NCBI GenBank assembly: GCA_963719945.1
Contig: CAVRDX010000003.1
Location: 128,001 to 192,000 of the forward strand
Length of the DNA: 64,000 nucleotides
Direction: 5' to 3'
Source of the DNA: an uncultured Thermoplasmata archaeon
GTDB taxonomy: Archaea > Thermoplasmatota > Thermoplasmata > UBA10834
Shown here piece by piece: positions 9,061-18,186 of this stretch. The notes beneath the pieces were generated by a model that saw only the letters and a list, made by a program, of their open reading frames with translations, searched no databases and had not been told where the DNA came from. A program made the translations under genes and the position numbers. Every line of letters begins with the position of its first letter. Within the stretch, counting starts at the first letter, position 1.

Positions 9061-10590
9061 TCATACCTGTGGTGCCTTCTTCAACCAGTCGATGTCAGAG
9101 ACATAAATGTCTCTGATATCATCCAATCCCCAGAGTAGCATTCCGAGCCGTTCCAGCCCAAGTCCCCATGCCAGTACTGGCTCTTTCACACCCAATGGTT
9201 CGGTAACCTCAGGCCTGAAGATGCCCGCTCCTCCAAGTTCCATCCATTGCCCCTTCCACAGTATCTCTACTTCAAGAGACGGTTCTGTGTACGGGAAGTA
9301 AGCTGGCCTGATCCTCATTTCTGGTATACCCATGCGTCTATAGAATTCCTTGAGAAGACCACACAGCATGTTGAAGCTGGCTCCCTCCTCACAGACGATC
9401 CCCTCTATCTGGGTGAACTCTGGAAGATGGGTCGAGTCCATCGCCTCGCTTCTGAATATCCTTCCTATGGAGAATACCTTGAACGGGAGTTTCGGATTTT
9501 CAGCTATGTATCTCGCTGTATTGACTGTCGAATGTGTCCTGAGCAGAGCTCTCTCAGCTTCCTCTATCTTCCAGTCGTATCTCCATCCGAGGGAACCTGT
9601 CTTCCAACCGTTCTCGTGGACCTGTTTGACAATATCCACGAGTTCCCGGTCCTTGGTGAGATCTATTCTGTCAGGGTTCTTCAGATAGAATGTATCCTGC
9701 ATCTCTCTCGCAGGATGGTCCTGAGCTGTGAACAGGACATCCATGTTCCAGAAGGCGCTTTCGACATACTGCCCTCGTATCTCGGTGAATCCCATCGTGA
9801 GGAATGCTTCCCTTACACGATCGATGAGAATTGTCATCGGATGCTTTCTTCCACCGACTGCAGTGGGCGCGAACGCCTTGACATCATACTTGCGGAGGTT
9901 GACCTCTCTCCATTTCCCTGATTGTATGAGCTCGGGCGTGATCTGAGCGACCTCTTCCCGCATCTCGAATGGGCGAGCAGCCAGTTCGCATCCCTTTTCT
10001 GTCAGCGCTATCGTCCTGATGACAATATGTTTCTCATTCAAGAAATCCTTGCGCTGTTTGAGTGCTTCGAGAACTCCTTCTGGCGCATCCTCTTCCGACA
10101 GCTCGCCAGTCGCAAGCCTCTCGATTGTGAGTTCATCATCGCCTTTCTCTGATAAGGCGGCCTTGCCCTTGTCAGTCATTATTACGATGGTGTCGGGCCC
10201 TTCTTTTGTGAGGTCCCCCCAGCCTTTCCTCTTGATCCATCCAAGTGCTATCTGGATGTCTTCAATCTTCAATTTGCCAGACGCTTTCAGGTCAGCGAGG
10301 GATACTTTGCCTTCAAACTCTTGCATGACGACTTCCAGCACTGCTCTTTCGGGCAGCTTCTTGTCAGCGATTTCCTTTCGTTTCAGTGAATAGTCCTTGC
10401 GTATTACCTCTCTTATTTCGACTAGTCCCTTCGCCTGAAGCCATGAAGCTGCGTTCATGACCTCTACCACCTGGTCGAACCCACCCTCCTTCTGTATATT
10501 CTCAGGAGTGGACGTCTTGAGCGTGTGCAAGGCCTTCAAGACCTTCTTCTCGGAGTAGCTTAGCTGTTCCAAGATGTCTTCGTCTGCCAT
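9061..10590 (-). CDS. pheS: Phenylalanine-tRNA ligase alpha subunit
   Basis: QDHPAREMQDTFY, LLRTHST, FRSEAMDSTHLPEFTQIEG, YFPYTEPS, AWGLGLERL; long archaeal N-terminus. Confidence 0.97.
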   Translation of the reverse strand: MADEDILEQLSYSEKKVLKALHTLKTSTPENIQKEGGFDQVVEVMNAASWLQAKGLVEIREVIRKDYSLKRKEIADKKLPERAVLEVVMQEFEGKVSLADLKASGKLKIEDIQIALGWIKRKGWGDLTKEGPDTIVIMTDKGKAALSEKGDDELTIERLATGELSEEDAPEGVLEALKQRKDFLNEKHIVIRTIALTEKGCELAARPFEMREEVAQITPELIQSGKWREVNLRKYDVKAFAPTAVGGRKHPMTILIDRVREAFLTMGFTEIRGQYVESAFWNMDVLFTAQDHPAREMQDTFYLKNPDRIDLTKDRELVDIVKQVHENGWKTGSLGWRYDWKIEEAERALLRTHSTVNTARYIAENPKLPFKVFSIGRIFRSEAMDSTHLPEFTQIEGIVCEEGASFNMLCGLLKEFYRRMGIPEMRIRPAYFPYTEPSLEVEILWKGQWMELGGAGIFRPEVTEPLGVKEPVLAWGLGLERLGMLLWGLDDIRDIYVSDIDWLKKAPQV

Positions 10591-10615
10591 GTCAGAGGTT
10601 CATCGAGCATACGGC

Positions 10616-11026
10616 TTATCTACTTTTCCGGGGGTCCTGGCTGTCATAGACTATCTCTTCCTCGTATGGCTTTATGTCCCAAACCGGACTTCCATTGTAT
10701 GCATCCAGCCCCCTGACCCAAACTATGTTGCCACGAACACTGACCAGTTCGACGAGGGTCAGGCCCAGCCTGTTCGGTCTCTTCGGCGACCTGGTTGCGA
10801 ACACACCCACCAACGGTCTTTCTGGATCGTGCATCGGATGCACCCTCGCAGACCATCCACGTTTCTTATGGAATCCGAAGATAACCCATATGTGCTTGAA
10901 TTTCTCCAATTTGTACAACCCTGGCACATATTCGTCCTCGAAGACGAGCCTGGATTCCACCTTGCTCCAGTCTCGAACGTCTTCTGACACAGCGTTGACT
11001 ACTGTAGCGATGGGTCTCAGCCTCAA
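10616..11026 (-). CDS. tsaA: tRNA t6A37 N6-methyltransferase TrmO/TsaA family
   Basis: GVFATRSPKRPNRLGLT, GLDAYNGSPVWDIKPY. Confidence 0.9.
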   Translation of the reverse strand: MRLRPIATVVNAVSEDVRDWSKVESRLVFEDEYVPGLYKLEKFKHIWVIFGFHKKRGWSARVHPMHDPERPLVGVFATRSPKRPNRLGLTLVELVSVRGNIVWVRGLDAYNGSPVWDIKPYEEEIVYDSQDPRKSR

Positions 11027-11077
11027 AGCAAATTCCCTGATGACGAAACGACTCCCTCGGTAATCATCATTGTCCTA

Positions 11078-12229
11078 TCAGTCTCTCACAAAGAACTGAT
11101 CGACTATCTCCTTGGCCGCTTCTCTCTTGGCCTGATGATTCTCGAGGAACTTCCAGACCTTCTCGAACAGGATCCCCTTGCACTCTCCGCACAGGATCTT
11201 CCCTGACTTGCACTGTTCGAACAATTGTTTCAGCTTATCATCATCCGGCTCGAAGAAATATGATTGGTATTGGTAGACTGAACAGATCTCGGGAGACCCC
11301 CCGAGTTTCCTCTGCTCATCCACTGAAACTCTGCCTCCAGTGAACGCGCTCATGACCTTCCTCTTGACGGTTTTCTTGTCATCGACTGTGAAGATCGTCG
11401 TATCCGCTTTCGACGAAGTCGACATCTTCTCCGAACCAGCGAGCGAAGGCATCAGCTTGGCGTGTATCAGCGCCGGTTTGTAGTATCCCAATCCCTCCGC
11501 GATGTCCCTGGTTATCCTGAAATGAGGGTCCTGATCTATTCCGCACGGGATCAGGCAAGGCACCTTTCTGCCCTGCTCGATAGATTCGAGGAAACAGGGG
11601 ACCGTCTGTATGCTCGTGAAGAATATGCTCCCGATGTTGTTGGAATTGTCGAAACCGAAGACCGCTTTGATCGTGGAGAAATTGATCTTCTTGGCTGCTC
11701 TGACGGCAGTCGGATACATGGTCTTGATGTATTCCGTGTCCAGGAATAGGTTCGTCAGTTTCGGATCGAATCCCAGGGCGATGATGTCCAGTGCATTCTC
11801 CATCCCCCACTTCTTCGTTTCTTCGAGCGTGAGATTGTCATAGTACAGGAACTTCTCATCGTCCGTCAGCTGGAACCACAATTTCACCTTGAAGATGTCC
11901 TGAAGATACTTGGCAAACGACCATGGCATGAGGTGTCCAAGATGGATGGGACCCGATGGACCGCGGCCAGTATAGAGCGTGAATCTGTTCCCTTTGTCGT
12001 ACTCGTTGAGGATCCATTCCAGGTCTCTGTGAGAATAGAAAACGTCCCTTCTGAGCATATGATGCACGGGCCCGTATGTGCCCATCCTCTCAAGAAGGGC
12101 CTTATCTATTCTCTTCGTGCCGAATTTCTCGATCAGCTGGTCGTAATCGACATCTCCGGTCACTCCATACGGTGTGACGACGAATTCCCCGTTCATGCGG
12201 CCACTGGCGACGGTTACAGTATCCGGCAA
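11078..12229 (-). CDS. trpS: Tryptophan-tRNA ligase (archaeal/eukaryal type)
   Basis: YTGRGPSGPIHLGH, TDDEKF, GIDQDPHFR, KMSTS. Confidence 0.97.
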   Translation of the reverse strand: MPDTVTVASGRMNGEFVVTPYGVTGDVDYDQLIEKFGTKRIDKALLERMGTYGPVHHMLRRDVFYSHRDLEWILNEYDKGNRFTLYTGRGPSGPIHLGHLMPWSFAKYLQDIFKVKLWFQLTDDEKFLYYDNLTLEETKKWGMENALDIIALGFDPKLTNLFLDTEYIKTMYPTAVRAAKKINFSTIKAVFGFDNSNNIGSIFFTSIQTVPCFLESIEQGRKVPCLIPCGIDQDPHFRITRDIAEGLGYYKPALIHAKLMPSLAGSEKMSTSSKADTTIFTVDDKKTVKRKVMSAFTGGRVSVDEQRKLGGSPEICSVYQYQSYFFEPDDDKLKQLFEQCKSGKILCGECKGILFEKVWKFLENHQAKREAAKEIVDQFFVRD

Positions 12230-12336
12230 TATATGCTTTCCCTTGGCTTTGTCATCTAGTCGGAGTCAAGTCAAAAGGTTTTTACTGCCAAATGCCGCTC
12301 CTTATCATCAGAATAAGCTTGTTGGATGGGATTTGG

Positions 12337-13278
12337 ATGAGGATATCTAGACGATATGTTGGTTGTGTTTTCGCGATTGTGTTGTCTCTTGCCTTCTGTG
12401 CTGCTTCCGTTCCGGCTGCTGCGCTCGATCGATCGAACGGGGATTACTGGACATATGAAATGTCTGTGAACTTGGGCGACTTCGTTGTCGTTGGTGAAAT
12501 GACTCTGACGGTCGTGGACGAGGATACGCTGACGGTCGGAAGCGACTCCTATGTCGTGGATGTGCTCCAATATTCAGGGAACATCTCTTGGACCGACGAT
12601 GGCATCTTCGGAGAAACCACCGCGTCTATGGTATACTCTGGGTTCACATATGAGCTCAAAGATGGACTGGCGACTGTCAAGGACGATATGTACATCTGGT
12701 CGAACATTACGTCTGACTATGGCACTGCTGAGGTCACCTATAGAACGGAATCGCAGGAAGTCACTACGACATCACCTCCGATCGGATTCGGAATGACGCC
12801 GGATGAGATGGGCGTTGGTGATTCATGGAGTGAAACGGTCGTGGAGACAACTACATCAACAGAATGGGATGATGAAGGAATATCGGATACTTCTACCGAT
12901 TCAGAAGAGAAGACCTACTCGTTCTCGATCGCAGCCACCGAGGAATCGTTGGTCACCGATGCGGGCACATTCGATTGTCTGAAGATAACCATCATGGATG
13001 ATGCAGATGACAGTTACGAAGTCAGGTGGTACTGCGACAAGGTTGGCTACTATGTCAAGATCGCGAACTATGATGTGGGAGACAGCACACCATCTGTGGT
13101 CGTCGAATTGAAGGATTACAAATACTCCGCCGCCTCGCAAGTGTTGATGATACTGGTCGTTGTAGGCATTGTAGTGGTCTTGGTGGCCATCGTCGCGGTC
13201 GTGCTCGTCATGAAGCGGAAGAAACGCATTCCGCAGCAGCCTATGCCCCCACCGCCGCCCACTCCACCGGTTCAGTGA
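12337..13278 (+). CDS. Secreted Thr/Asp-rich protein with C-terminal membrane anchor and Pro-rich cytoplasmic tail
   Basis: Signal peptide, beta-rich acidic body with a DAGTFDC motif, TM helix, KRKKR, PMPPPPPTPP. Confidence 0.7.
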   Translation: MRISRRYVGCVFAIVLSLAFCAASVPAAALDRSNGDYWTYEMSVNLGDFVVVGEMTLTVVDEDTLTVGSDSYVVDVLQYSGNISWTDDGIFGETTASMVYSGFTYELKDGLATVKDDMYIWSNITSDYGTAEVTYRTESQEVTTTSPPIGFGMTPDEMGVGDSWSETVVETTTSTEWDDEGISDTSTDSEEKTYSFSIAATEESLVTDAGTFDCLKITIMDDADDSYEVRWYCDKVGYYVKIANYDVGDSTPSVVVELKDYKYSAASQVLMILVVVGIVVVLVAIVAVVLVMKRKKRIPQQPMPPPPPTPPVQ

Positions 13279-13306
13279 TCGGATTTGACGAAATCGAAAG
13301 AATCAG

Positions 13307-13804
13307 GTGTCACAAATGGATGAACGGACGGTCTCTGAATCAAAGACGATGGTTGCCAGGGTGATGATGCCACAGGATGCCAACGTCGCCGGGAATGTGT
13401 TCGGTGGAACTATCCTGAAGATGGTCGATGAGATAGCTTATGTGGCAGCCACGAGGCATGCTCGCACTAACGTCGTCACAGCATCGGTTGATCGGATGTC
13501 TTTCCTGTCTCCGGTCCATGTCGGCGACCTTCTCACGCTGAAGGCGAACGTGAATGCGGTCTGGCATTCATCAATGGAGGTGGGAGTCCGTGTGGAAGCC
13601 ATGGATCCGAGGACCGGGGAGACAAGGCACACTGGCTCTTCCTACCTGACCGTGGTTGCCCTCGATTCCGATGGAAGGCCCGTCTCCGTGCCTCAATTGG
13701 TGTTGGAGACCGACGAGGATGTCCGCAGGAATAAGGAATCGTTCGCAAGACGGTCCAGAAGACTCGAGGAGAAAGCAGTCGAGAGGTTCCGTTCGAAGGA
13801 ATAG
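13307..13804 (+). CDS. Acyl-CoA thioesterase (HotDog, YciA-like)
   Basis: PQDANVAGNVFGGTILKMVDE, VVTASVD, SSMEVGVRV. Confidence 0.9.
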   Translation: MSQMDERTVSESKTMVARVMMPQDANVAGNVFGGTILKMVDEIAYVAATRHARTNVVTASVDRMSFLSPVHVGDLLTLKANVNAVWHSSMEVGVRVEAMDPRTGETRHTGSSYLTVVALDSDGRPVSVPQLVLETDEDVRRNKESFARRSRRLEEKAVERFRSKE

Positions 13805-13898
13805 TCTATTCGCTGGCCTGACTGGTATATCAATCTTGTCTTATTGGCGACTTCGGGGTTTTTATGGCAGTAATAGACTTAACCCTCAGGATGATAGG

Positions 13899-15356
13899 TT
13901 GGCAAAGGCAGTCTACGACCCATTGAATTCTGAACAGGAAGATGCAGTGCACCTGGAATCGATCAGGATATTGGAGAATGTGGGGATCAAGGTGACGAGC
14001 CCCAAGGTTCTCAAGATGTTGAAGGATGCTGGGGGGATTGTTGATGAGAAGACCCAGATCGTGAAGATATCAGAGGCGATGATCAAGGAAGCCTTGTCCA
14101 AAGCCCCTAAGGAATTCACGATGTGTGGTAGAGACAAGAAATGGGACCTGAGACTTCCAGCAACGGATAGGATTTATGGGGTCAATGACGGACAGCCGAC
14201 CGATGTCTGGGACATAGATACTCAGAAGAAGCGCAAAGCTACCATGAGGGACCTGATCGACCTCACGCGCGTATGCGATGCCATGCAGGAAGTGGATCTC
14301 TATTGGCCAGAAGTCGTCGCCACAGACCTGCCGCCAGATGTATCCAATAATCACGAATTCGTCGCATCGATATTCAACACCGGAAAGCACATTCAGCACG
14401 GTGCAGGCTCCATCGAGGATGCCCGGTTCCAGATAGAGGCCGCCGCCGCGATAGTTGGTTCCGAGGAGGCACTAGCCAAGAGGCCGATAATCTCGATAAC
14501 GCACACGCCCATAACTCCGCTCAGATACGAGGAGGGCGATATCGATGCCGTCGTCGAGTTCGCAAAGGCCGGACTTCCAGTCGTCCACCTGTCTATGGCA
14601 ATATCCGGCTCGGTGGCACCGGTGACGCTAGCAGGTACGATCTCCCTCGTCAACGCTGAGAACCTCGCGGGCGCAGTCATATCGGAGCTGGCAAAGCCAG
14701 GTGCGCCAATACTATACAGTTCTGAATCCGGACCGATGGATATGAAGACCGGTGTCTTCCTGTCCGGTTCGACTGAGGGCGCTTTGATCAACGCTGCCGG
14801 CTGCCAGATGGCTCGCAGATACGGCCTGCCTTCACAAGTGGGCGGGACCGCGGCGTCAGGATGTATGCCTGGTTATGAGATAGGATACCAGAAGGCGATC
14901 AGCAGTCTCCTTCCAGCGATGGCCGGCGCCGATCAGATCGTCGGGATCGGCGGTTTCGAACGTTCTGGAGTCGAGTCGGTCGAGCAAATCGTGATGGATT
15001 GCGAGTTGTGGAGAAACGTCCTGCGCGCTTGGAGAGGGGTCGAGGTATCCGACAGCACATTGGGTTTCGATGTCATATCGAGAGTCGGTCCTGGCGGTTA
15101 TTTCATGAAGGACCCACACACCCTTCGCAATTTCCGGAAGGAGATGCTCCTGCCGAAGATCGCAATGCTCCCGCCGATTATGGGTTCGGACACGGAACCT
15201 ATCCGAGTCGCTGCGAGGAACGAAGCACGGAGGATCCTAAAAGAGCACGAACCAATGGGAATCGATCGTTCTGTCAGAGGGCAGATAATCGCGCTACTGT
15301 CGAAATACGATGAGATGGCCGGCGTTTGTCCTGTTCAGGTCACATATCTTGACTGA
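13899..15356 (+). CDS. Trimethylamine methyltransferase (MttB) superfamily, non-pyrrolysine
   Basis: IKEALSKAPKEFTMCGR, ITPLRY, GSVAPVTLAGT, NAENLAG, DMKTG, VGPGGYF..PHT..FRKE; start moved to TTG 13899; no in-frame TAG. Confidence 0.88.
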   Translation: MAKAVYDPLNSEQEDAVHLESIRILENVGIKVTSPKVLKMLKDAGGIVDEKTQIVKISEAMIKEALSKAPKEFTMCGRDKKWDLRLPATDRIYGVNDGQPTDVWDIDTQKKRKATMRDLIDLTRVCDAMQEVDLYWPEVVATDLPPDVSNNHEFVASIFNTGKHIQHGAGSIEDARFQIEAAAAIVGSEEALAKRPIISITHTPITPLRYEEGDIDAVVEFAKAGLPVVHLSMAISGSVAPVTLAGTISLVNAENLAGAVISELAKPGAPILYSSESGPMDMKTGVFLSGSTEGALINAAGCQMARRYGLPSQVGGTAASGCMPGYEIGYQKAISSLLPAMAGADQIVGIGGFERSGVESVEQIVMDCELWRNVLRAWRGVEVSDSTLGFDVISRVGPGGYFMKDPHTLRNFRKEMLLPKIAMLPPIMGSDTEPIRVAARNEARRILKEHEPMGIDRSVRGQIIALLSKYDEMAGVCPVQVTYLD

Positions 15357-15402
15357 AGACTTAAGTGGGATGTAGCCGAATCACCCCCGAAGGTGTGAGG
15401 TC

Positions 15403-16521
15403 ATGCAATTCTCAGAATGCAGAGGATACGATCGTTCCCTGGTCACAGGCGCGAAAGCTGCGATCAAAGATGTCCTAGCTCTGAAGAAGGACGAGCGGAT
15501 TCTGATAATATCGAATCCGAACCGAGATGTTCGCGAGATATCGATGGCTATCTTCGATGCAGCAATGAATGTCAAGGCAAAGCCTGTCCTGATGTTCCAG
15601 CGGGAGAAGGGGCAGTTCGACTTCGCGGAGAAGGATGTCATCTCGGCCATGTCTTCGGAGCCTGACGTGATTCTGTCGATAAGCAAGGACCGGTTCGGGA
15701 AGGATAAACACGGACTTCTTGAAGGGTACATGGGGAAAAGGAAGTACAACGACATCTTCGAGATGCTATACGAGGAAGAGAAGGCTAGGGCCTTCTGGTC
15801 CCCTGGTATCACCCGCGACATGTTCAGACGAACAGTCCCGATCGATTACACGCGTCTGAGGAAGGACTGCAAGAGGATATGTGCGATTCTCAAGGGTTCA
15901 GAGACGGTCAGAGTCACCGCTCCAGGAGGAACCGATCTGGTGATTGGGTCGAAGGGTCGCATCGCCAAGATGGATGACGGGGATTTCAGGAAGAAAGGCC
16001 GGGGTGGGAATGTTCCCTCGGGCGAAGTCTATGTCTCTCCAGCATTGGGTACCACCAATGGCGTGATCGCATTTGACGGGTCCATCGTCCTCAACGATGG
16101 TGAGATCGTCATGCGTGATCCCATTGTAGCTCAAATCAAGGATGGATACATAACGAAGATAGATGGCAGGAAGGAGGCCAACGCTCTGAGGAACTCGATC
16201 CGGATCGCCAAGAGAAAAGCCCGTTCGATGGGCAATGCCGGTCTGTTGAAATCGTCGGAGGTCGAGAGCTACATCAAGAACACTGAGAGCATCGGTGAAC
16301 TGGGCATCGGTCTCAACAGGAAAGCCAAGATTGTCGCGAACATGCTCGAGGACGAGAAGGTCTATGGCACGTGCCACTTCGCAGTTGGTAGCAACTATGA
16401 TGGCGATGCAGACTCCCTGATCCATTTGGATGGCCTGGTCAAATCCCCGACGATAACAGCAGTGTCATCTTCGGGACGAGAGACCGAAATTATGCGGAAG
16501 GGGAAGCTGACCTGGGATTGA
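15403..16521 (+). CDS. Metallo-aminopeptidase, M29 (aminopeptidase T-like)
   Basis: GTDL, GNVPSGEVYVSP, IGELGIGLN, LEDEKVYGTCHFAVGSN, SLIHLDG. Confidence 0.85.
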   Translation: MQFSECRGYDRSLVTGAKAAIKDVLALKKDERILIISNPNRDVREISMAIFDAAMNVKAKPVLMFQREKGQFDFAEKDVISAMSSEPDVILSISKDRFGKDKHGLLEGYMGKRKYNDIFEMLYEEEKARAFWSPGITRDMFRRTVPIDYTRLRKDCKRICAILKGSETVRVTAPGGTDLVIGSKGRIAKMDDGDFRKKGRGGNVPSGEVYVSPALGTTNGVIAFDGSIVLNDGEIVMRDPIVAQIKDGYITKIDGRKEANALRNSIRIAKRKARSMGNAGLLKSSEVESYIKNTESIGELGIGLNRKAKIVANMLEDEKVYGTCHFAVGSNYDGDADSLIHLDGLVKSPTITAVSSSGRETEIMRKGKLTWD

Positions 16522-16564
16522 CCTGAGCAACCTTTAACTCCGTTTCCGTCCTTCCCTCTCACCG

Positions 16565-17347
16565 ATGGAGGAACAACTCAGAGTTGGCGCGATTGATGAT
16601 GAGACCTTTGACAGGTCCCGTCGGATTGGATGGCTTGACCTAGATGCGGTGTTCAGGGCAAAGGTCCTCATGGTCGGCGCAGGCGCTTTGGGGAACGAGG
16701 TCGGGAAGAACCTGATGCTCTCAGGCTTTCGTCATGTGACCGTTGTGGACATGGACCATGTCATGGGCTCGAACTTGAACCGATGCCTCTTCTTCTCACG
16801 AGAGGACGCTTCCAGACGAAATCCCAAGGCGGAAGTCGTCGCCCGGGGAATGAACGCCCTCTCCGAACATGCTGAAGTAGAATCGATTTCATCCATGATC
16901 GAGGAATTGGATGAAGGGATATACAAGGTCCACGACATCATCCTCGGCTGTCTTGACAATATCCCTGCACGACTTCATGTGAATTCACGATCCTATCGGT
17001 TCGGGAAGACCCTGATCGATGGCGGGATGGAAGGGTTTGTTGGCCGAGCCTTCGTCGCCAATCCTCCGAACGGCGCATGTATCCAATGCGGCATGAACCG
17101 TTCACATGCGAAGGTTGCGAACCTTCGATTCAGCTGTACTGGGACGGATATGGTATTTCATGAACCTAGGATTCCCGCCGAGATCACGACTACCAGCGTC
17201 ATATCGGCTATCATGGTAAGGGAATGTCTAAAATTCGTATCTGGTAGGATGGATATGATGCTGTCAAATGCTTTCTTCTACGACGGTCAGAGGAATGTCT
17301 CAGAAGAGCTGGAATTCGATATCGATCCACTTTGTCCAAATCACTGA
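16565..17347 (+). CDS. Ubiquitin-like activating enzyme E1 (ThiF family, UBA3/UBA2-like)
   Basis: GAGALGNEVGKNL, VDMD..MGSNLNR, KAEV, LDNIPAR, LIDGGMEGFVG, CIQC, candidate catalytic Cys in FSCTG, IPAEITT, C-terminal CPNH. Confidence 0.9.
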   Translation: MEEQLRVGAIDDETFDRSRRIGWLDLDAVFRAKVLMVGAGALGNEVGKNLMLSGFRHVTVVDMDHVMGSNLNRCLFFSREDASRRNPKAEVVARGMNALSEHAEVESISSMIEELDEGIYKVHDIILGCLDNIPARLHVNSRSYRFGKTLIDGGMEGFVGRAFVANPPNGACIQCGMNRSHAKVANLRFSCTGTDMVFHEPRIPAEITTTSVISAIMVRECLKFVSGRMDMMLSNAFFYDGQRNVSEELEFDIDPLCPNH

Positions 17348-17372
17348 GGCCCGAGTCGTTGCTACAGGTATC

Positions 17373-17388
17373 CGAAAACGATATAATG
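17373..17388 (+). promoter_or_regulatory. Possible internal BRE/TATA promoter for Ubl-E2-JAB
   Basis: GAAAACG followed by ATATAAT, about 25 nt upstream of the Ubl start. Confidence 0.35.
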
Positions 17389-17410
17389 TCAACAGCCGTC
17401 AGTCGTCTAG

Positions 17411-17659
17411 GTGATCTTTCTGACTTTCAGACTCAAAGTAAAGAACGCAGAGACAGGTGCTGCCGTCGAGATGGAGCTAGAGGGTGACAATACCATCGAT
17501 GAGATCATCGAGAGCGCCGCCACTTTCTGGAATAAGGACATGGGCGCATATGTCCTGAGAAAGGGCAAGAAGGTGCTTCGCGGTGGTTCCTCTATCAAGG
17601 ATGCCGGGATAATTGGCGAAGATGTGCTGGAACTCATTCCAGATCCTGAAGGCGGATAG
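17411..17659 (+). CDS. Ubiquitin-like (beta-grasp) modifier with C-terminal Gly-Gly
   Basis: 82 aa; Ub-like pattern (LKVKN, TIDEII, YVL, IKDAGI..EDVLELI); ends PEGG-stop; lies between E1 and E2. Confidence 0.85.
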   Translation: MIFLTFRLKVKNAETGAAVEMELEGDNTIDEIIESAATFWNKDMGAYVLRKGKKVLRGGSSIKDAGIIGEDVLELIPDPEGG

Positions 17660-17664
17660 TAGGG

Positions 17665-18186
17665 ATGTCTCTTCCGGCTGATGTGCTCAGAAAGCGTCTA
17701 AAGAACGAGATAGAGATTTGTCAACGTGAGCTCAGGCATCATATCTCTGTCTCTGATCCGGCCATCATCTCCTTCCCTATTTTGATCAACGTGCACATGC
17801 TGCGCGTACCAGGCCCTACATGGGAGGAGAACAAGATTGTACACAGGTTCGTTCATAAGATTGCGATTCTGATAAGTGAGGAGTATCCGATCGAGAAACC
17901 GATAGTCAAGTGGCAGACACCAATCTTCCATCCGAACATAATGCCCCCTGAGGACGGCGGTTATGTGTGTACGAAATTGCTGGAGAACTGGGATTTCAGC
18001 TCGACCTTGGCTACATTCATACGGGGTATCGAATCGCTTTTGGTGAATCCGAATCCAAAAAACCCGTTCGGATGTGACACATGTACTAGAGCCGCTGCAT
18101 ACTTCAATCGTGTGAGATATCAGCCGCCTACTGTGATGGATCAGACGGACCGTAGAATCAGGATTGTGAGGGGTTCCGATGCCTAG
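17665..18186 (+). CDS. Ubiquitin-conjugating enzyme E2 (UBC fold)
   Basis: KRLKNE, YPIEKPIVKWQTPIFHPNI, GYVC (catalytic Cys), ENW, IESLLVNPNPKNP. Confidence 0.92.
   Translation: MSLPADVLRKRLKNEIEICQRELRHHISVSDPAIISFPILINVHMLRVPGPTWEENKIVHRFVHKIAILISEEYPIEKPIVKWQTPIFHPNIMPPEDGGYVCTKLLENWDFSSTLATFIRGIESLLVNPNPKNPFGCDTCTRAAAYFNRVRYQPPTVMDQTDRRIRIVRGSDA

Noticed and set aside
14820-14870. Pyrrolysine in the MttB homolog
   Set aside because: There is no in-frame TAG and the ORF is uninterrupted.
17411-17659. Ubl as a ThiS/MoaD/SAMP sulfur carrier
   Set aside because: It is flanked by an E2 and a JAMM, not by thi, moa or tRNA-thiolation genes, and its pattern is more Ub-like. This is not formally excluded.
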